64,000 bases of DNA from Deltaproteobacteria bacterium (GCA_026388715.1 JAPLJF010000012.1:1649-65648); one strand, 5' to 3'; shown: positions 8,417 through 19,600, counted from the stretch's first letter. Made by a program: numbers and translations. The notes: generated by a model not told the origin, from the sequence alone.

Positions 8417-11400
8417 ATGCAAAAAAAAACATACAATCCTGCCGCTGACACGGCGGAGGGCATCACCGAGATCCGCCGCCAGAAAGCATTACTTAAAACC
8501 GGGGCCTTGCAGAACGCGATTTTCAATAGCGCCAACTTCTCAAGTATCGCCACTGACGCCAAGGGCGTCATTCAGATCTTCAACGTCGGCGCCGAACGCA
8601 TGCTGGGCTACGCGGCCGACGAAGTGATGAACAAGATCACGCCGGCCGATATCTCCGATCCGCAGGAAGTGATCGCGCGCGCCGAGGCGTTGAGCGTCGA
8701 GCTCAACACCCCGATTATGCCAGGATTCGAGGCCTTGGTGTTCAAGGCCTCACGCGGTATTGAGGACATCTACGAGCTGACCTACATCCGCAAAGATGGC
8801 AGCCGCTTCCCGGCAGTCGTATCGGTCACGGCCCTGCGCGACGCGCAAAACAAAATTATCGGCTACCTGCTGATCGGCACCGACAACACTGCGCGCAAGC
8901 AGGCGGAAGAGGCGCTGCTCAAGGCGGGGGCTTTACAGAGCGCGATTTTCAATAGCGCCAACTTTTCGAGTATCGCCACTGACGCCAAGGGCGTTATTCA
9001 GATCTTCAACGTCGGCGCCGAGCGCATGCTGGGCTACGCAGCCGCCGACGTGATGAATAAGATCACCCCGGCCGATATCTCCGACCCGCAGGAAGTAATC
9101 GCGCGGGCCGAGGCGTTGAGCTTCGAGCTCAACACCCCGATTATGCCGGGATTCGAGGCCTTGGTGTTCAAGGCCTCACGCGGTATCGAGGATATCTACG
9201 AGCTGACCTACATCCGCAAGGACGGCAGCCGCTTCCCGGCAGTGGTATCGGTCACGGCCCTGCGCGACGATCAAAATAAAATTATCGGCTACCTGTTGAT
9301 CGGCACCGACAACACCGCGCGCAAGCTGGCGGAAGAGGCGCTGCTCAAGGCGGGGGCTTTACAGAGCGCGATTTTCAATAGCGCCAACTTCTCGAGTATC
9401 GCCACTGACGCCAAGGGCGTTATTCAGATCTTCAACGTCGGCGCCGAGCGCATGCTGGGCTACGCAGCCGCCGACGTGATGAATAAGATCACCCCGGCCG
9501 ATATCTCCGACCCGCAGGAAGTGATCGCGCGGGCCAAGGCGTTAAGCATCGAGCTCGGAACCAAAATTGAGCCGGGATTCGAGGCCTTGGTGTTCAAAGC
9601 CGCGCGTGGTATCGAGGACATCTACGAGCTGACCTATATTCGCAAGGATGGCAGCCGCTTTCCGGCGGTGGTATCGGTCACGGCCCTGCGCGACGCACAA
9701 AATAAAATTATCGGCTACTTGCTGATCGGCACCGACAACACCGCGCGCAAGCAGGCCGAAGAAGCGCTGCTTCAAGCGGGGGCCTTGCAAAGCGCGATTT
9801 TCAACAGCGCCAACTTTTCAAGTATCGCCACTGACGCCAACGGCGTTATTCAGATCTTCAACGTCGGTGCCGAGCGCATGCTGGGCTACGCGGCCGCCGA
9901 CGTGATGAACAAGATCACGCCGGCCGATATTTCCGATCCCCAGGAAGTGATCGCGCGGGCCGAGGCGTTGAGCGTCGAGCTCAACACCCCGATCATGCCT
10001 GGATTCGAGGCCTTGGTGTTCAAGGCCTCGCGCGGTATTGAGGACATCTACGAGCTGACCTACATCCGCAAGGACGGCAGCCGCTTTCCGGCGGTCGTGT
10101 CGGTCACGGCCCTGCGCGACGATCAAGACGCCATCATCGGCTACCTGCTGATCGGCACCGACAACACCGCGCGCAAGCAGGCGGAAGAGGCACTGCTTCA
10201 AGCGGGGGCCTTGCAAAACGCGATTTTCAACAGCGCCAATTTCTCAAGTATTGCCACTGACGCCAAGGGTGTTATTCAGATCTTCAACGTCGGCGCCGAG
10301 CGCATGCTGGGCTACACCGCCGACGAAGTGATGAACAAGATCACCCCGGCCGATATTTCCGATCCCCAGGAAGTGATCGCGCGTGCCAAGGCGTTGAGCA
10401 CCGAGCTCAACACCCCGATTGCGCCGGGATTTGAGGCCTTGGTGTTCAAGGCCTCACGCGGCATTGAAGACATCTACGAGCTGACCTACATCCGTAAAGA
10501 TGGCAGCCGCTTCCCGGCAGTCGTGTCGGTTACGGCCCTTCGCGACGATCAAAATAAAATTATCGGCTACCTGCTGATTGGCACCGACAACACTGCGCGC
10601 AAGCAGGTCGAAGCAGAACAGAAGAAGCTCGATCAGCGACTACGCGACCACCAGTTCTACACACGCTCTCTCTTCGAATCTAATATCGACGCGCTGATAA
10701 CTACCGATCCGTCCGGCATCATTACCGACGTCAACAAACAGATGGAAGCACTCACCGGTTGCACACGGGACGAGCTGATCGGTGCGCCGTTCAAGAAATA
10801 CTTCACCGATCCGGAGCTGGCCGAAGCGGCCATCAAACTGGTGCTGGGCGAAAAGAAGGTCACCGACTACGAGCTCACAGCGCGGGCCTGGGACGGCAAG
10901 GAAACAGTGGTGTCCTACAATGCGACCACCTTCTACGACCGAGACAGAAATCTGCAGGGGGTGTTCGCCGCCGCACGCGACGTCACTGAGCGCAAACGTC
11001 TCGATCAGGCGTTGCAAGAAACGAACGTCGAGCTGGAGAACGCCAGGATCGTTGCCGAAAAAGCCAATTTCGCCAAATCGGGATTTTTCGCCACGATGAG
11101 TCACGAGATCCGCACGCCGATGAACGCCATCATCGGCCTGGCCCACTTGCTGGTTGGCACCGAACTTTCACTTCGGCAACGCGATTACCTCATGAAAATA
11201 CTGGCATCGTCAAAGTTGTTACTGACTATTATTAACGATATTCTCGACTTTTCAAAAATGGAGGCCGGAAAGCTGGAGCTGAACCCCGTACCGTTCAGGC
11301 TGGATACTGTCCTCCATGACCTCGCCACCATCATCAGTGGGACAGGCCAGGCCAAGAATATCGAGATTTTGTTCTCGATCGCGCCCACTCTGCCGACCAC

Positions 11401-13300
11401 ACTGATCGGCGACGACCAGCGCCTTCGTCAGATGTTGATCAACCTGGTCGGCAATGCCGTCAAGTTCACCGACCAGGGTGAGGTAAGCGTGCATGTCGAG
11501 CCGGTGAAGGTGGACGACCAGCGCGCGATCCTGCGCTTTCTGGTACGCGATACCGGCCTCGGCATGAGCGAGGAACAGATATCCCGGCTGTTCCTCGCAT
11601 TCAATCAGGCGGACAGTTCCACCACCCGACGTTATGGCGGCACCGGCCTTGGACTCGCCATCTGCAGCCGCCTCGCAACCCTGATGGGCGGCACGATCGG
11701 CGTCGAAAGCGAAATCGGCAAGGGCAGCGTCTTTTCCTTCACCGCCAGCTTCGGCCGCACACCAGCGGAATACGACCATGATGATGTTTTCCTGCACTGC
11801 GCCGAGGCGTTGCGCGACCTTCGGATTCTTATAATCGACGACTGCGGACTGGCCACCGACAGTCTGTGCGCCTATGCCAAGAGCTTCGGCTGGCGATGCA
11901 AGGCCACGGCCAATTTCGCTGACGGCTTGGAACAGATGGGCCGCATGGTAGCTGAGGGGACGCCTTTCGGCATCGTGCTGCTCGACTGGCGGCTGCCGGG
12001 GCTGGACGGACCAGATGCCATCTTCCGCCTGGGAGCGACCACCGACCCGGCCGCCCAGATCGTGGTCCTGACCAACGGCTTCCACTTGGACGATGATTTA
12101 CGGGACTTGGTGGGCACCGGAGTAGTCACCACCTTGAGCAAACCGTTAACTCCGTCGATGCTGTTCGATGCGGTGGCGATTGCCCTTGGTTACCAGCCAC
12201 GCAGTACCACCAATCTGGACTTCGATCCATCATCGGCAAGCCTGCTCAACACCCGGATTCTTCTCGTCGAGGACAATTACATCAACCAGGAAGTCGCCCG
12301 CACCCTTCTCGAACGGGAGGGAGCCACCGTCGTCACTGCCGGAAATGGACGCGAGGCCCTGGATCGCCTCGCCCGGGAGAATACTGTCTTCGATGCCGTG
12401 CTGATGGACGTGCAAATGCCGGAAATGGACGGCTATGAGGCATCACGGGCGATACGGGCACAGCCGCGCTTCGCCTCCCTGCCGATCATTGCCATGACCG
12501 CCAACGCCATGACCGGCGACCGCGAAAAGTGCCTCGAAGCCGGCATGAACGATCATATACCCAAGCCGTTCGACCCGGTCCACCTCTACGCGACGCTGGC
12601 CCACTGTCTCGGCCGGCAGGCGCCGGATCGTCCGAACGATGAGCCAGTTGCCGGCACGCCTTCCTTGCGCCTTGAGGGTATCGACACCGTAACCGGCCTG
12701 TCCCGAGTTCGCGGTAATTTCGATCTTTATCTTTCACTGCTCGAATCCTTCCTCACCAAAAATGGAGAAGTCGCCACCACGCTGGATCAGGATATCGCAC
12801 GGGGACAGCTGGATCAGGTTCACCAGTTGGTTCATAGTGTGAAAGGAGTGGCAGCCAATCTTGGCGCCGACGCTCTCGCTTCGACGGCAGCGGACCTGGA
12901 GCGGGCCGCCCGAGAGGCTGTCAGCAGTGGCCCTGGTGTGGATCTGACGGCGGTCCGAGCGGCATTCGACTCTTTCAAGCCCAGTCTTGCCCTGGTACTG
13001 GCCGAACTCAGCACCTACTTCGCCCACAACCGCAAGGAAATAAAACCGACAGTATCCCGGCCACCCGCCGATCCGGCCCAGACGCGGCAGGCCCTCAGCC
13101 AGGCAGCAGAGCTGCTGGATCAGGACCTGGCTGCGGCGATCAACTGTCTTAACTGCATCGGCGCGGATCTGGAACAATCACCACTGGCGGAAAAGTATCG
13201 GCGTCTGCGCCAGGAGATGGCGGACTTCGATACCGACCTAGCCCGGCAGACCATCAAGGAAATCCTGAGCGCCCTGCCGGCCACTACTACGGAGACATGA
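8417..13300 (+). CDS. Hybrid sensor histidine kinase: 5 near-identical PAS units, 1 distinct PAS, HisKA, HATPase_c, 2 receiver domains, C-terminal HPt
   Basis: 1627-aa ORF. H-box is SHEIRTPMNAIIG; ATPase boxes are DTGLGMS and GGTGLGLAI. REC domains are at about aa 1135-1250 and 1285-1400 (second: LLVEDNYINQ...DVQMPEMDG...K). HPt has HSVKGVAANLG. Confidence 0.9.
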   Translation: MQKKTYNPAADTAEGITEIRRQKALLKTGALQNAIFNSANFSSIATDAKGVIQIFNVGAERMLGYAADEVMNKITPADISDPQEVIARAEALSVELNTPIMPGFEALVFKASRGIEDIYELTYIRKDGSRFPAVVSVTALRDAQNKIIGYLLIGTDNTARKQAEEALLKAGALQSAIFNSANFSSIATDAKGVIQIFNVGAERMLGYAAADVMNKITPADISDPQEVIARAEALSFELNTPIMPGFEALVFKASRGIEDIYELTYIRKDGSRFPAVVSVTALRDDQNKIIGYLLIGTDNTARKLAEEALLKAGALQSAIFNSANFSSIATDAKGVIQIFNVGAERMLGYAAADVMNKITPADISDPQEVIARAKALSIELGTKIEPGFEALVFKAARGIEDIYELTYIRKDGSRFPAVVSVTALRDAQNKIIGYLLIGTDNTARKQAEEALLQAGALQSAIFNSANFSSIATDANGVIQIFNVGAERMLGYAAADVMNKITPADISDPQEVIARAEALSVELNTPIMPGFEALVFKASRGIEDIYELTYIRKDGSRFPAVVSVTALRDDQDAIIGYLLIGTDNTARKQAEEALLQAGALQNAIFNSANFSSIATDAKGVIQIFNVGAERMLGYTADEVMNKITPADISDPQEVIARAKALSTELNTPIAPGFEALVFKASRGIEDIYELTYIRKDGSRFPAVVSVTALRDDQNKIIGYLLIGTDNTARKQVEAEQKKLDQRLRDHQFYTRSLFESNIDALITTDPSGIITDVNKQMEALTGCTRDELIGAPFKKYFTDPELAEAAIKLVLGEKKVTDYELTARAWDGKETVVSYNATTFYDRDRNLQGVFAAARDVTERKRLDQALQETNVELENARIVAEKANFAKSGFFATMSHEIRTPMNAIIGLAHLLVGTELSLRQRDYLMKILASSKLLLTIINDILDFSKMEAGKLELNPVPFRLDTVLHDLATIISGTGQAKNIEILFSIAPTLPTTLIGDDQRLRQMLINLVGNAVKFTDQGEVSVHVEPVKVDDQRAILRFLVRDTGLGMSEEQISRLFLAFNQADSSTTRRYGGTGLGLAICSRLATLMGGTIGVESEIGKGSVFSFTASFGRTPAEYDHDDVFLHCAEALRDLRILIIDDCGLATDSLCAYAKSFGWRCKATANFADGLEQMGRMVAEGTPFGIVLLDWRLPGLDGPDAIFRLGATTDPAAQIVVLTNGFHLDDDLRDLVGTGVVTTLSKPLTPSMLFDAVAIALGYQPRSTTNLDFDPSSASLLNTRILLVEDNYINQEVARTLLEREGATVVTAGNGREALDRLARENTVFDAVLMDVQMPEMDGYEASRAIRAQPRFASLPIIAMTANAMTGDREKCLEAGMNDHIPKPFDPVHLYATLAHCLGRQAPDRPNDEPVAGTPSLRLEGIDTVTGLSRVRGNFDLYLSLLESFLTKNGEVATTLDQDIARGQLDQVHQLVHSVKGVAANLGADALASTAADLERAAREAVSSGPGVDLTAVRAAFDSFKPSLALVLAELSTYFAHNRKEIKPTVSRPPADPAQTRQALSQAAELLDQDLAAAINCLNCIGADLEQSPLAEKYRRLRQEMADFDTDLARQTIKEILSALPATTTET
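8480..10610 (+). repeat. Five tandem copies of a 426-bp (142-codon) PAS-encoding unit inside the kinase gene
   Basis: The marker GCGATTTTCAA recurs at 8516, 8942, 9368, 9794 and 10220, exactly 426 bp apart. I compared units 1 and 2 directly and counted roughly 30 differences per 426 nt; the five protein units are near-identical in the ORF-track translation. Confidence 0.95.
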
Positions 13301-13303
13301 ACG

Positions 13304-14479
13304 ATGCCTGACGACAACAACCTTTCACCCCGGAAGACGCCTGCTTCAGGTGAGCGGTCACGGATATTGGTCGTGGATGACGCGCCGGAGAACCTTGGCA
13401 TTCTGCTTGACGCCCTGAAAGACGACTACACGGTTATCGCGGCGCGCAACGGCGCCAAGGCCCTGCAACTGGCTGCGGCGACACCGGCTCCGGACCTGAT
13501 TCTTCTCGACATCGTCATGCCCGAGATGGACGGATATCAGGTGTGCGCCCGCCTGAAGGAGAGGGAGGAAACACGCTCCATCCCCGTGATCTTCCTGACC
13601 GCCCTTGAAAAAGAGGAAAGTGAGAATCATGGACTGAGTCTGGGGGCGGTAGATTTCATCCGCAAACCGATCAACCCCACCACCCTGCACCTCAGGGTTA
13701 AGCTGCACCTTGAGCTGTTTCAATCCCGTCGGCGCCTCGAGGAGCAGAATCATCAGCTCATCGAGGCCGCCCGCCTGCGCGAGTTCGTCGAACAGATCAC
13801 CCAACACGACCTGAAGGGTCCTCTCAACGTTATTATCGGCATACCGCAGCTTCTGTTGAAAAAGTGTGAATTCACCGATTCTCAGCGAAATCTGGTCAAA
13901 GCGATCAGAAAAACGGGATACAATATGTTGGAGATGATCAATCGGTCGCTCAATCTCTTCAAGATGGAGAGAGGCAGTTACGATTATCGGCCCGAACCGG
14001 TAGACATCCTCTCGGTCATGCGCTGCGCACTGGACGAGGTGACGCCGATGGTAACAGCCAGGAATCTTCAGGTCGCTATCCGAGTGGACAACCAGCTCCC
14101 AAAGGACGGGCAGAAGGTCATGGCAATGGCGGAAAGCCTTTTTTGTCATTCGATGTTCTCGAATCTGGTCAGAAATGCCGTCGAGGCGTCCCCGCGCGAT
14201 GATGTGATCAACATAGGATTTGAACAACGTAGGGCCAATATGACGATATCGATTGACAATGGAGGGGAGGTTCCCGAGGAAATTCGTGAACGCTTCTTCG
14301 ACAAGTTTGTGACGGCGGGGAAACGGGATGGCACCGGGATCGGTACGTATTCGGCTAAACTGATCGCGCGGACACAAAAGGGAGACATCAATCTTGACAC
14401 GTCGGTCGCGGGCCGAACGTGCATCAGGGTGACCCTGCCAGCGGTCGACGAGGGCCTGGACGAACAAATAACGGCGTGA
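13304..14479 (+). CDS. Response-regulator receiver fused to a histidine kinase (REC-HisKA-HATPase_c)
   Basis: 391-aa ORF starting 4 nt after the previous stop. REC has ILVVDD...LLDIVMPEMDG...K. H-box is ITQHDLKGPLNVIIG. ATP-lid has GTGIGTYSAKLIA. Confidence 0.85.
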   Translation: MPDDNNLSPRKTPASGERSRILVVDDAPENLGILLDALKDDYTVIAARNGAKALQLAAATPAPDLILLDIVMPEMDGYQVCARLKEREETRSIPVIFLTALEKEESENHGLSLGAVDFIRKPINPTTLHLRVKLHLELFQSRRRLEEQNHQLIEAARLREFVEQITQHDLKGPLNVIIGIPQLLLKKCEFTDSQRNLVKAIRKTGYNMLEMINRSLNLFKMERGSYDYRPEPVDILSVMRCALDEVTPMVTARNLQVAIRVDNQLPKDGQKVMAMAESLFCHSMFSNLVRNAVEASPRDDVINIGFEQRRANMTISIDNGGEVPEEIRERFFDKFVTAGKRDGTGIGTYSAKLIARTQKGDINLDTSVAGRTCIRVTLPAVDEGLDEQITA

Positions 14480-14503
14480 TTTTCCCGATAGGGAGGGTTA
14501 TCC

Positions 14504-15679
14504 ATGGACAAGAAACGCAGAAAAATCCTGCTCGTTGACGACAATCCGGAAAACATACAGATCCTGCTCGAGACACTGGGCGATGAATTCGCCGTGGTCG
14601 CCGCCCGTAGCGGAGAAAAGGCCCTCGCTCTCGCCATTGCCGCGCCTCACCCCGATATCATCCTCCTTGATGTGATGATGCCGAACATGGATGGCTATGA
14701 GGTGTGCCGGAGGCTCAAGGCCAATCCGCTGACCAGGAGCATTCCCGTGCTGTTCGTGACGTCATTAAACGACATCGAGGACGAGCAGCGCGGACTGGAG
14801 ATGGGAGCAGTCGATTACATCATCAAGCCCTTCCGGCCGGAGCTGATAAAGGCGCGAGTGCGCAATCAGATCGATCTCAAGCAGTACAGGGATCACCTGG
14901 AACAACTGGTGGGGGAACGCACACGGGAATTGTCTCTCACCCAGGATGCCACGATCTTCACCGTCGCCAATCTGGCCGAAACCCGCGACCCTGATACCGG
15001 CGCTCACATCTGGCGCACCCAGCAATACGTGCGGATACTGGCCCTTCATCTCGCTGCCTCGCCCAGATACGCCGTCGCCCTGACGCCGCCCGACATCGAC
15101 CTGTTGTTCAAATCGGCGCCACTGCATGATATCGGCAAGATCGGTATCGCTGATCACATCCTTCTGAAACCGGGCAAGCTGACACCCGAGGAATTCGAGG
15201 AGATGAAAAAGCACAGTATCCTCGGATGGCGAGCGTTGAACCGAACGGCGCAGCTTCTCGGCTCCAATTCCTTTCTGCGCTACGCCTGCGAGATTGCGCT
15301 CACTCACCACGAGAAATGGGACGGAAGCGGCTATCCTCATGGACTCTTCGGCGAGGCGATTCCCCTGTCCGGCCGATTGATGGCGGTGGCGGACGTGTAT
15401 GACGCCCTCATCAGCCACCGCCCCTACAAGAACCCCTTCCCGCATGCCGAGGCGGCGGCCCTGATCATTGACGGTCGAGGCCACCATTTCGACCCGGCTA
15501 TCATAGACGTATTCATCACCCTGGAGTCCGAGTTCCAGCAAATCAGCGAGATGGTAACCGACGTCCCGGCAGACACCCTCGAACTGACGCCGGAAATAGC
15601 CGTTACCAGCACGCCGTCGCCCCACCCGATCGTTGCGCCGACCATTTCCGTGCCTCCCCCCCGTCCCTTAAGGAAATGA
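14504..15679 (+). CDS. Response regulator with an HD-GYP domain (c-di-GMP phosphodiesterase type)
   Basis: 391-aa ORF. REC has ILLVDDNPEN...LLDVMMPNMDG. HD-GYP has HDIGKIGI and HHEKWDGSGYPHGL. Confidence 0.9.
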   Translation: MDKKRRKILLVDDNPENIQILLETLGDEFAVVAARSGEKALALAIAAPHPDIILLDVMMPNMDGYEVCRRLKANPLTRSIPVLFVTSLNDIEDEQRGLEMGAVDYIIKPFRPELIKARVRNQIDLKQYRDHLEQLVGERTRELSLTQDATIFTVANLAETRDPDTGAHIWRTQQYVRILALHLAASPRYAVALTPPDIDLLFKSAPLHDIGKIGIADHILLKPGKLTPEEFEEMKKHSILGWRALNRTAQLLGSNSFLRYACEIALTHHEKWDGSGYPHGLFGEAIPLSGRLMAVADVYDALISHRPYKNPFPHAEAAALIIDGRGHHFDPAIIDVFITLESEFQQISEMVTDVPADTLELTPEIAVTSTPSPHPIVAPTISVPPPRPLRK

Positions 15680-15815
15680 GGAAATCGAACTAACAACACG
15701 GACGGCTATCTGCCTTCCATCAATGTTTCTTTATTGTGGATTGACTCTTGCGACTGGCACTCTACCCAGAATTGCATTGCAGCGCGGGAATATTATCGCG
15801 TCTGGGCACTGACAT

Positions 15816-15855
15816 ACAAACAATAAACCCTGCCAAGGCAGGGTTTATTGTTTGT
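15816..15855. terminator. Bidirectional intrinsic terminator between convergent genes
   Basis: 17-bp perfect stem: ACAAACAATAAACCCTG-ccaagg-CAGGGTTTATTGTTTGT. The arms are A/T-rich and lie between the HD-GYP gene (+) and the 131-aa gene (-). Confidence 0.7.
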
Positions 15856-15982
15856 ACGACATATCTCGACAACACCTCCCGCTTGGCGGATTGCTCAACA
15901 ATCAGGGCAGCAGGAAACGACCTGTTTTTGTCATGCCCTATGCAGAAGGATGAGCCGGGAGAGGTGTTGTTACGCTAATGCT

Positions 15983-16378
15983 TTAGCGATCACCGCGGTA
16001 GCCACGGCGGTCATCACGGCGGTCGTCATGGCGATCACGATTGTGTTCCCGATAACGCGGAACATACTCGCGGCGATACCAGTTGTCTTGCACAAAGAAG
16101 ACGCGCTCGCCGCAGGCATTGTATTCGCCGCAGTACCTGTTCCAATGTCTGGCGTGTCTCGGGGGTACGCGCAGATAGATCGGCGGGCGGTCCTCATACA
16201 CCCGATCAATGATTATCGGCCGACGGTAGATCACTTGTGGCTGCGGGTAGTCGCCGATGTCAAGTCGGCCATAGAAGCCGGGTTGGCCTATGTTGACCGA
16301 GACGCCAACGTCGGAAGCAAATGCCGGGGTGGTAAGAGCGACAGCGGATAGCGCCGCTGCAATCAGAAAACGTTTCAT
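15983..16378 (-). CDS. Small secreted hypothetical protein with an Arg/Asp-rich C-terminal tail
   Basis: 131-aa ORF. Signal peptide is MKRFLIAAALSAVALTTPAFA. The tail is REHNRDRHDDRRDDRRGYRGDR. I recognise no family. Confidence 0.6.
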   Translation of the reverse strand: MKRFLIAAALSAVALTTPAFASDVGVSVNIGQPGFYGRLDIGDYPQPQVIYRRPIIIDRVYEDRPPIYLRVPPRHARHWNRYCGEYNACGERVFFVQDNWYRREYVPRYREHNRDRHDDRRDDRRGYRGDR

Positions 16379-16609
16379 ATTGAATCTCCTGCTGTTAAGT
16401 TCATGGAAAAGGTCCTGGTTTCTTTCCTTCCACCGAAGAAAAAGGGCATGAAATTAGGATCAAAGCAATCAAGTCGGCCAATTCAGGCGACTCTTGAGCC
16501 AGAATCGAGGACTTCCGTTTACAGTACCTCTTTCCTGACAATATAAAAGTATTATAAACACTCTTTGATATTTTTAAAGTCCCTGAGTAATTCTTGATCG
16601 ATCAACTGC

Positions 16610-19600
16610 TCATTCTCCACCTGGAGGCGCTTTTTTCTCCTCACTTGGCTTCTCTGTATCCCCCATTCTCACAACGACCCGATGTTCTATCAGTACCCGT
16701 TCCAGAGGGATGATGCCACCGGTCAGGCGCTGGCCATCCATCTCCACCCAGGCAACACCGCGCTCGCGACCGTGCGGATTCTCCACCTGGATCACGTAGA
16801 GCGCTTCACCGTGCCGATAGCGGAGACTGAATCCCGGCCACGTTGCAGTGATGACCGGGTTCACCCGCATCTGCTCGCCCCGCACCTGGAGGCCAAGAAC
16901 CTCTTCAACCCAGGCCCGGTACATCCATGCTGCCGAACCGGTATACCAGGACCAGCCCCCCTGCCCGATCCGCCCTGGCAACCGGTAGACGTCGGCCGCG
17001 ACCACATAGGGTTCAATTCCGTAGTGCCAGGCCGATTCCGCATCGCGGGCGTGCTCGATCGGATTAAGGATGCGCAAAAGCTGCACAGCCCGCTCCCCAT
17101 CCCCTTTACGGGCCATAGCCATGGCCATCCACAGACCGGCATGGGTGTACTGGCCGCCGTTCTCCCGCACCCCGGGGGGATAGCCCTTGATGTAGCCGGG
17201 TGAGGGTTCTGATTTGTCAAAGGGGGGCTCGAAAAGAAGCACCAGACCTTCATCCTGGCGGACGAGATGGTGCCAGGCCGACTCCAGGGCCTGATCCGCC
17301 CGCGCGGGATCAGCGGCGCCGGAAAGCCAGGCCCACGATTGGGGCAGGGAATCGATCCTCGCCTCGGTGTTTGCCGCAGAGCCAAGCGGGGTGCCATCGT
17401 CGAAGGTCCCCCGCAGATACCACTCCCCGTCCCAGCCGGCCTGCTCCACCCGCTCGATCAGGGCCCTCCTCTCCTCTTGATAGGTCTGGCTCAACTCCGG
17501 CTGGTGCAGGAGACTCGACAGATCAACCATCCCCTGCAACAACTCGCAGAGGAACCAGGCGAGCCATACGCTCTCCCCCTTCCCTCCGGCGCCCACCAGG
17601 TTCATGCCGTCGTTCCAATCCCCCGTCCCCATCAGGGGCAGGCCATGGGGCCCGATGGTCAGGCCGTGGCTGACCGCGCGCCGGCAGTGTTCAAAGAGGG
17701 TGGCGCGTTCCAGGGTGACCTCGGGGATGGAAAACACCTCGTGCTGATCGTCGGCCAGGACGGGGGCGTTGAGGAAGGAGACCCCCGCCTGCAGGATCTC
17801 CACATCGCCGGTGGTGCGGACGTAGTGTGCGACCACATAAGGGAGCCATAGCAGGTCATCGGAGATACGCGAGCGGATCCCGGCACCGCCAGGTTCATGC
17901 CACCAATGCTGGACATCCCCCTCCTTGAACTGCCGGCTGGCGGCCAGCAGGATCTGGTCGCGGGCCAGTTCCGGCCTGGCGTAAAAAAAGGCCATGACAT
18001 CCTGCAGCTGATCACGAAAGCCGAAGGCGCCGCCTGACTGGTAAAACGCGGAGCGCCCCCAGATCCGGCAGCTTAAGGACTGGTACTGAAGCCAGCGGTT
18101 GATCAGGAGATCGGCGGCCAGGTCGGGGGTATGCACCTCAATAGTGCTGAGCAGGCCATTCCACCAGGCCTTGGTCTGCTCAAGCGCCTCCTCCAAGGCC
18201 TGATCCTCCTGAAAACTCTGCACCAGTTCCCGGGCCTCAGCCACTGACCCGGCCTGACCCAGCATGCAGGTGATATCCCGGCGTTCACCCGGAGACAATT
18301 CGACGCTAACCCGGAGTACCGCGCAGGGGTCCAGCCCTGCCCCGCTCCTTTGTGACAGCCGGGTCAGCTCCATGGCTGCCGGGTTAGCCAGCGAGCGGTT
18401 GCGGCCGATGAAGGCGCTACGGTCGCCGCCGTATGAATCGGGCTGGGGGGTGATGGCCACAAAGGCGACCCGCTCCGGGTACTCGGGGTGGTAGCGGTTG
18501 TACGCCAGCATGGCCTGGGCCTCATCATCCCAGTTGGTCATGACATGCATCTGGGAGGTTTCACGGTTCTCGCCCAGGGTCAATTCCACATAATAGGTGA
18601 CCGAGAGTCTGCGCCTTCTGGAGGAAGCATTGGTGAGCCACAACCGCTGCAGTTTGATCGGCTGCCCCCCATTCTCATCCACGGGGACGAAAACGGTCAG
18701 CTCCTGCTCGATACCGTTGCTGTTATGCTCGAAGACGGTATAACCCGCCCCGTGCCGAGCCCGATAGGCGCTCTTCTCACGGACCGGCATAGCTGTCGGC
18801 GACCAGAAGACGCCGCTCTCCTCATCGCGGATATAGAGCACCTCCGAGGCCGGGTCCAGCACCGGATCGTTGGACCAGCCGGTCAGACGATTGCGCTGGC
18901 TGTTGCCATACCAGGTGAAGCCGGACCCGGTTTCGCTGACCATGGTGCCGAAGGTCGGGTTGGCGATGACGTTCACCCAGGGTGCGGGGGTATTGGTGCC
19001 GGGGCCGAGATAGATCGCGTATTCACACCCGTCCGGGGTAAAGCCGCCGAGGCTGTTGAAGTAATTTAACTCCATGAAAGGAAGCGGGGCCGAGGGCTCC
19101 CGGTGAGCACGTTTCCGGGTCAGCCTCTCCATGAGCTCGGGAGCCTCCACCGGCACCCCCAATTGCTGGGGCAGCGTGCCGCGTGCCGCCACCAGCGCGA
19201 CGCTGGCTGCAAATTTAAGGAGCTTCAGATCTTCCTCCGGGATAAGCGCCGCATTGCGCAGGAAGACCCCGCCCGGTTGGTCGGTTACGTTAAAGAGGGA
19301 ATGGGCCTGGATCAGGCGTTCCAGTCGTTCCAGGAGCGGCCGCTCGTAACTTCCCGCTTCCTCGTTGAGGATCACCAGGTCGGCCGCCAATCCGTGCATC
19401 CGCCAATAGGTGTGGGCCTGGAGCAACTGGCGGACCAGGTTGACATCCCGTATCTCGCCAATGGTGACCAGGGCTATGGGCAGGTCGCCCGAGATGCCGT
19501 AGGGCCACAATCCGGCCTGGCCCTTGCGATTCTCAGCGAGGCGCTCGCCGGGAGCACGCAAGAGGGAATTGGGAAAGAGCAGGTGACTTGCCAGTTTCTG

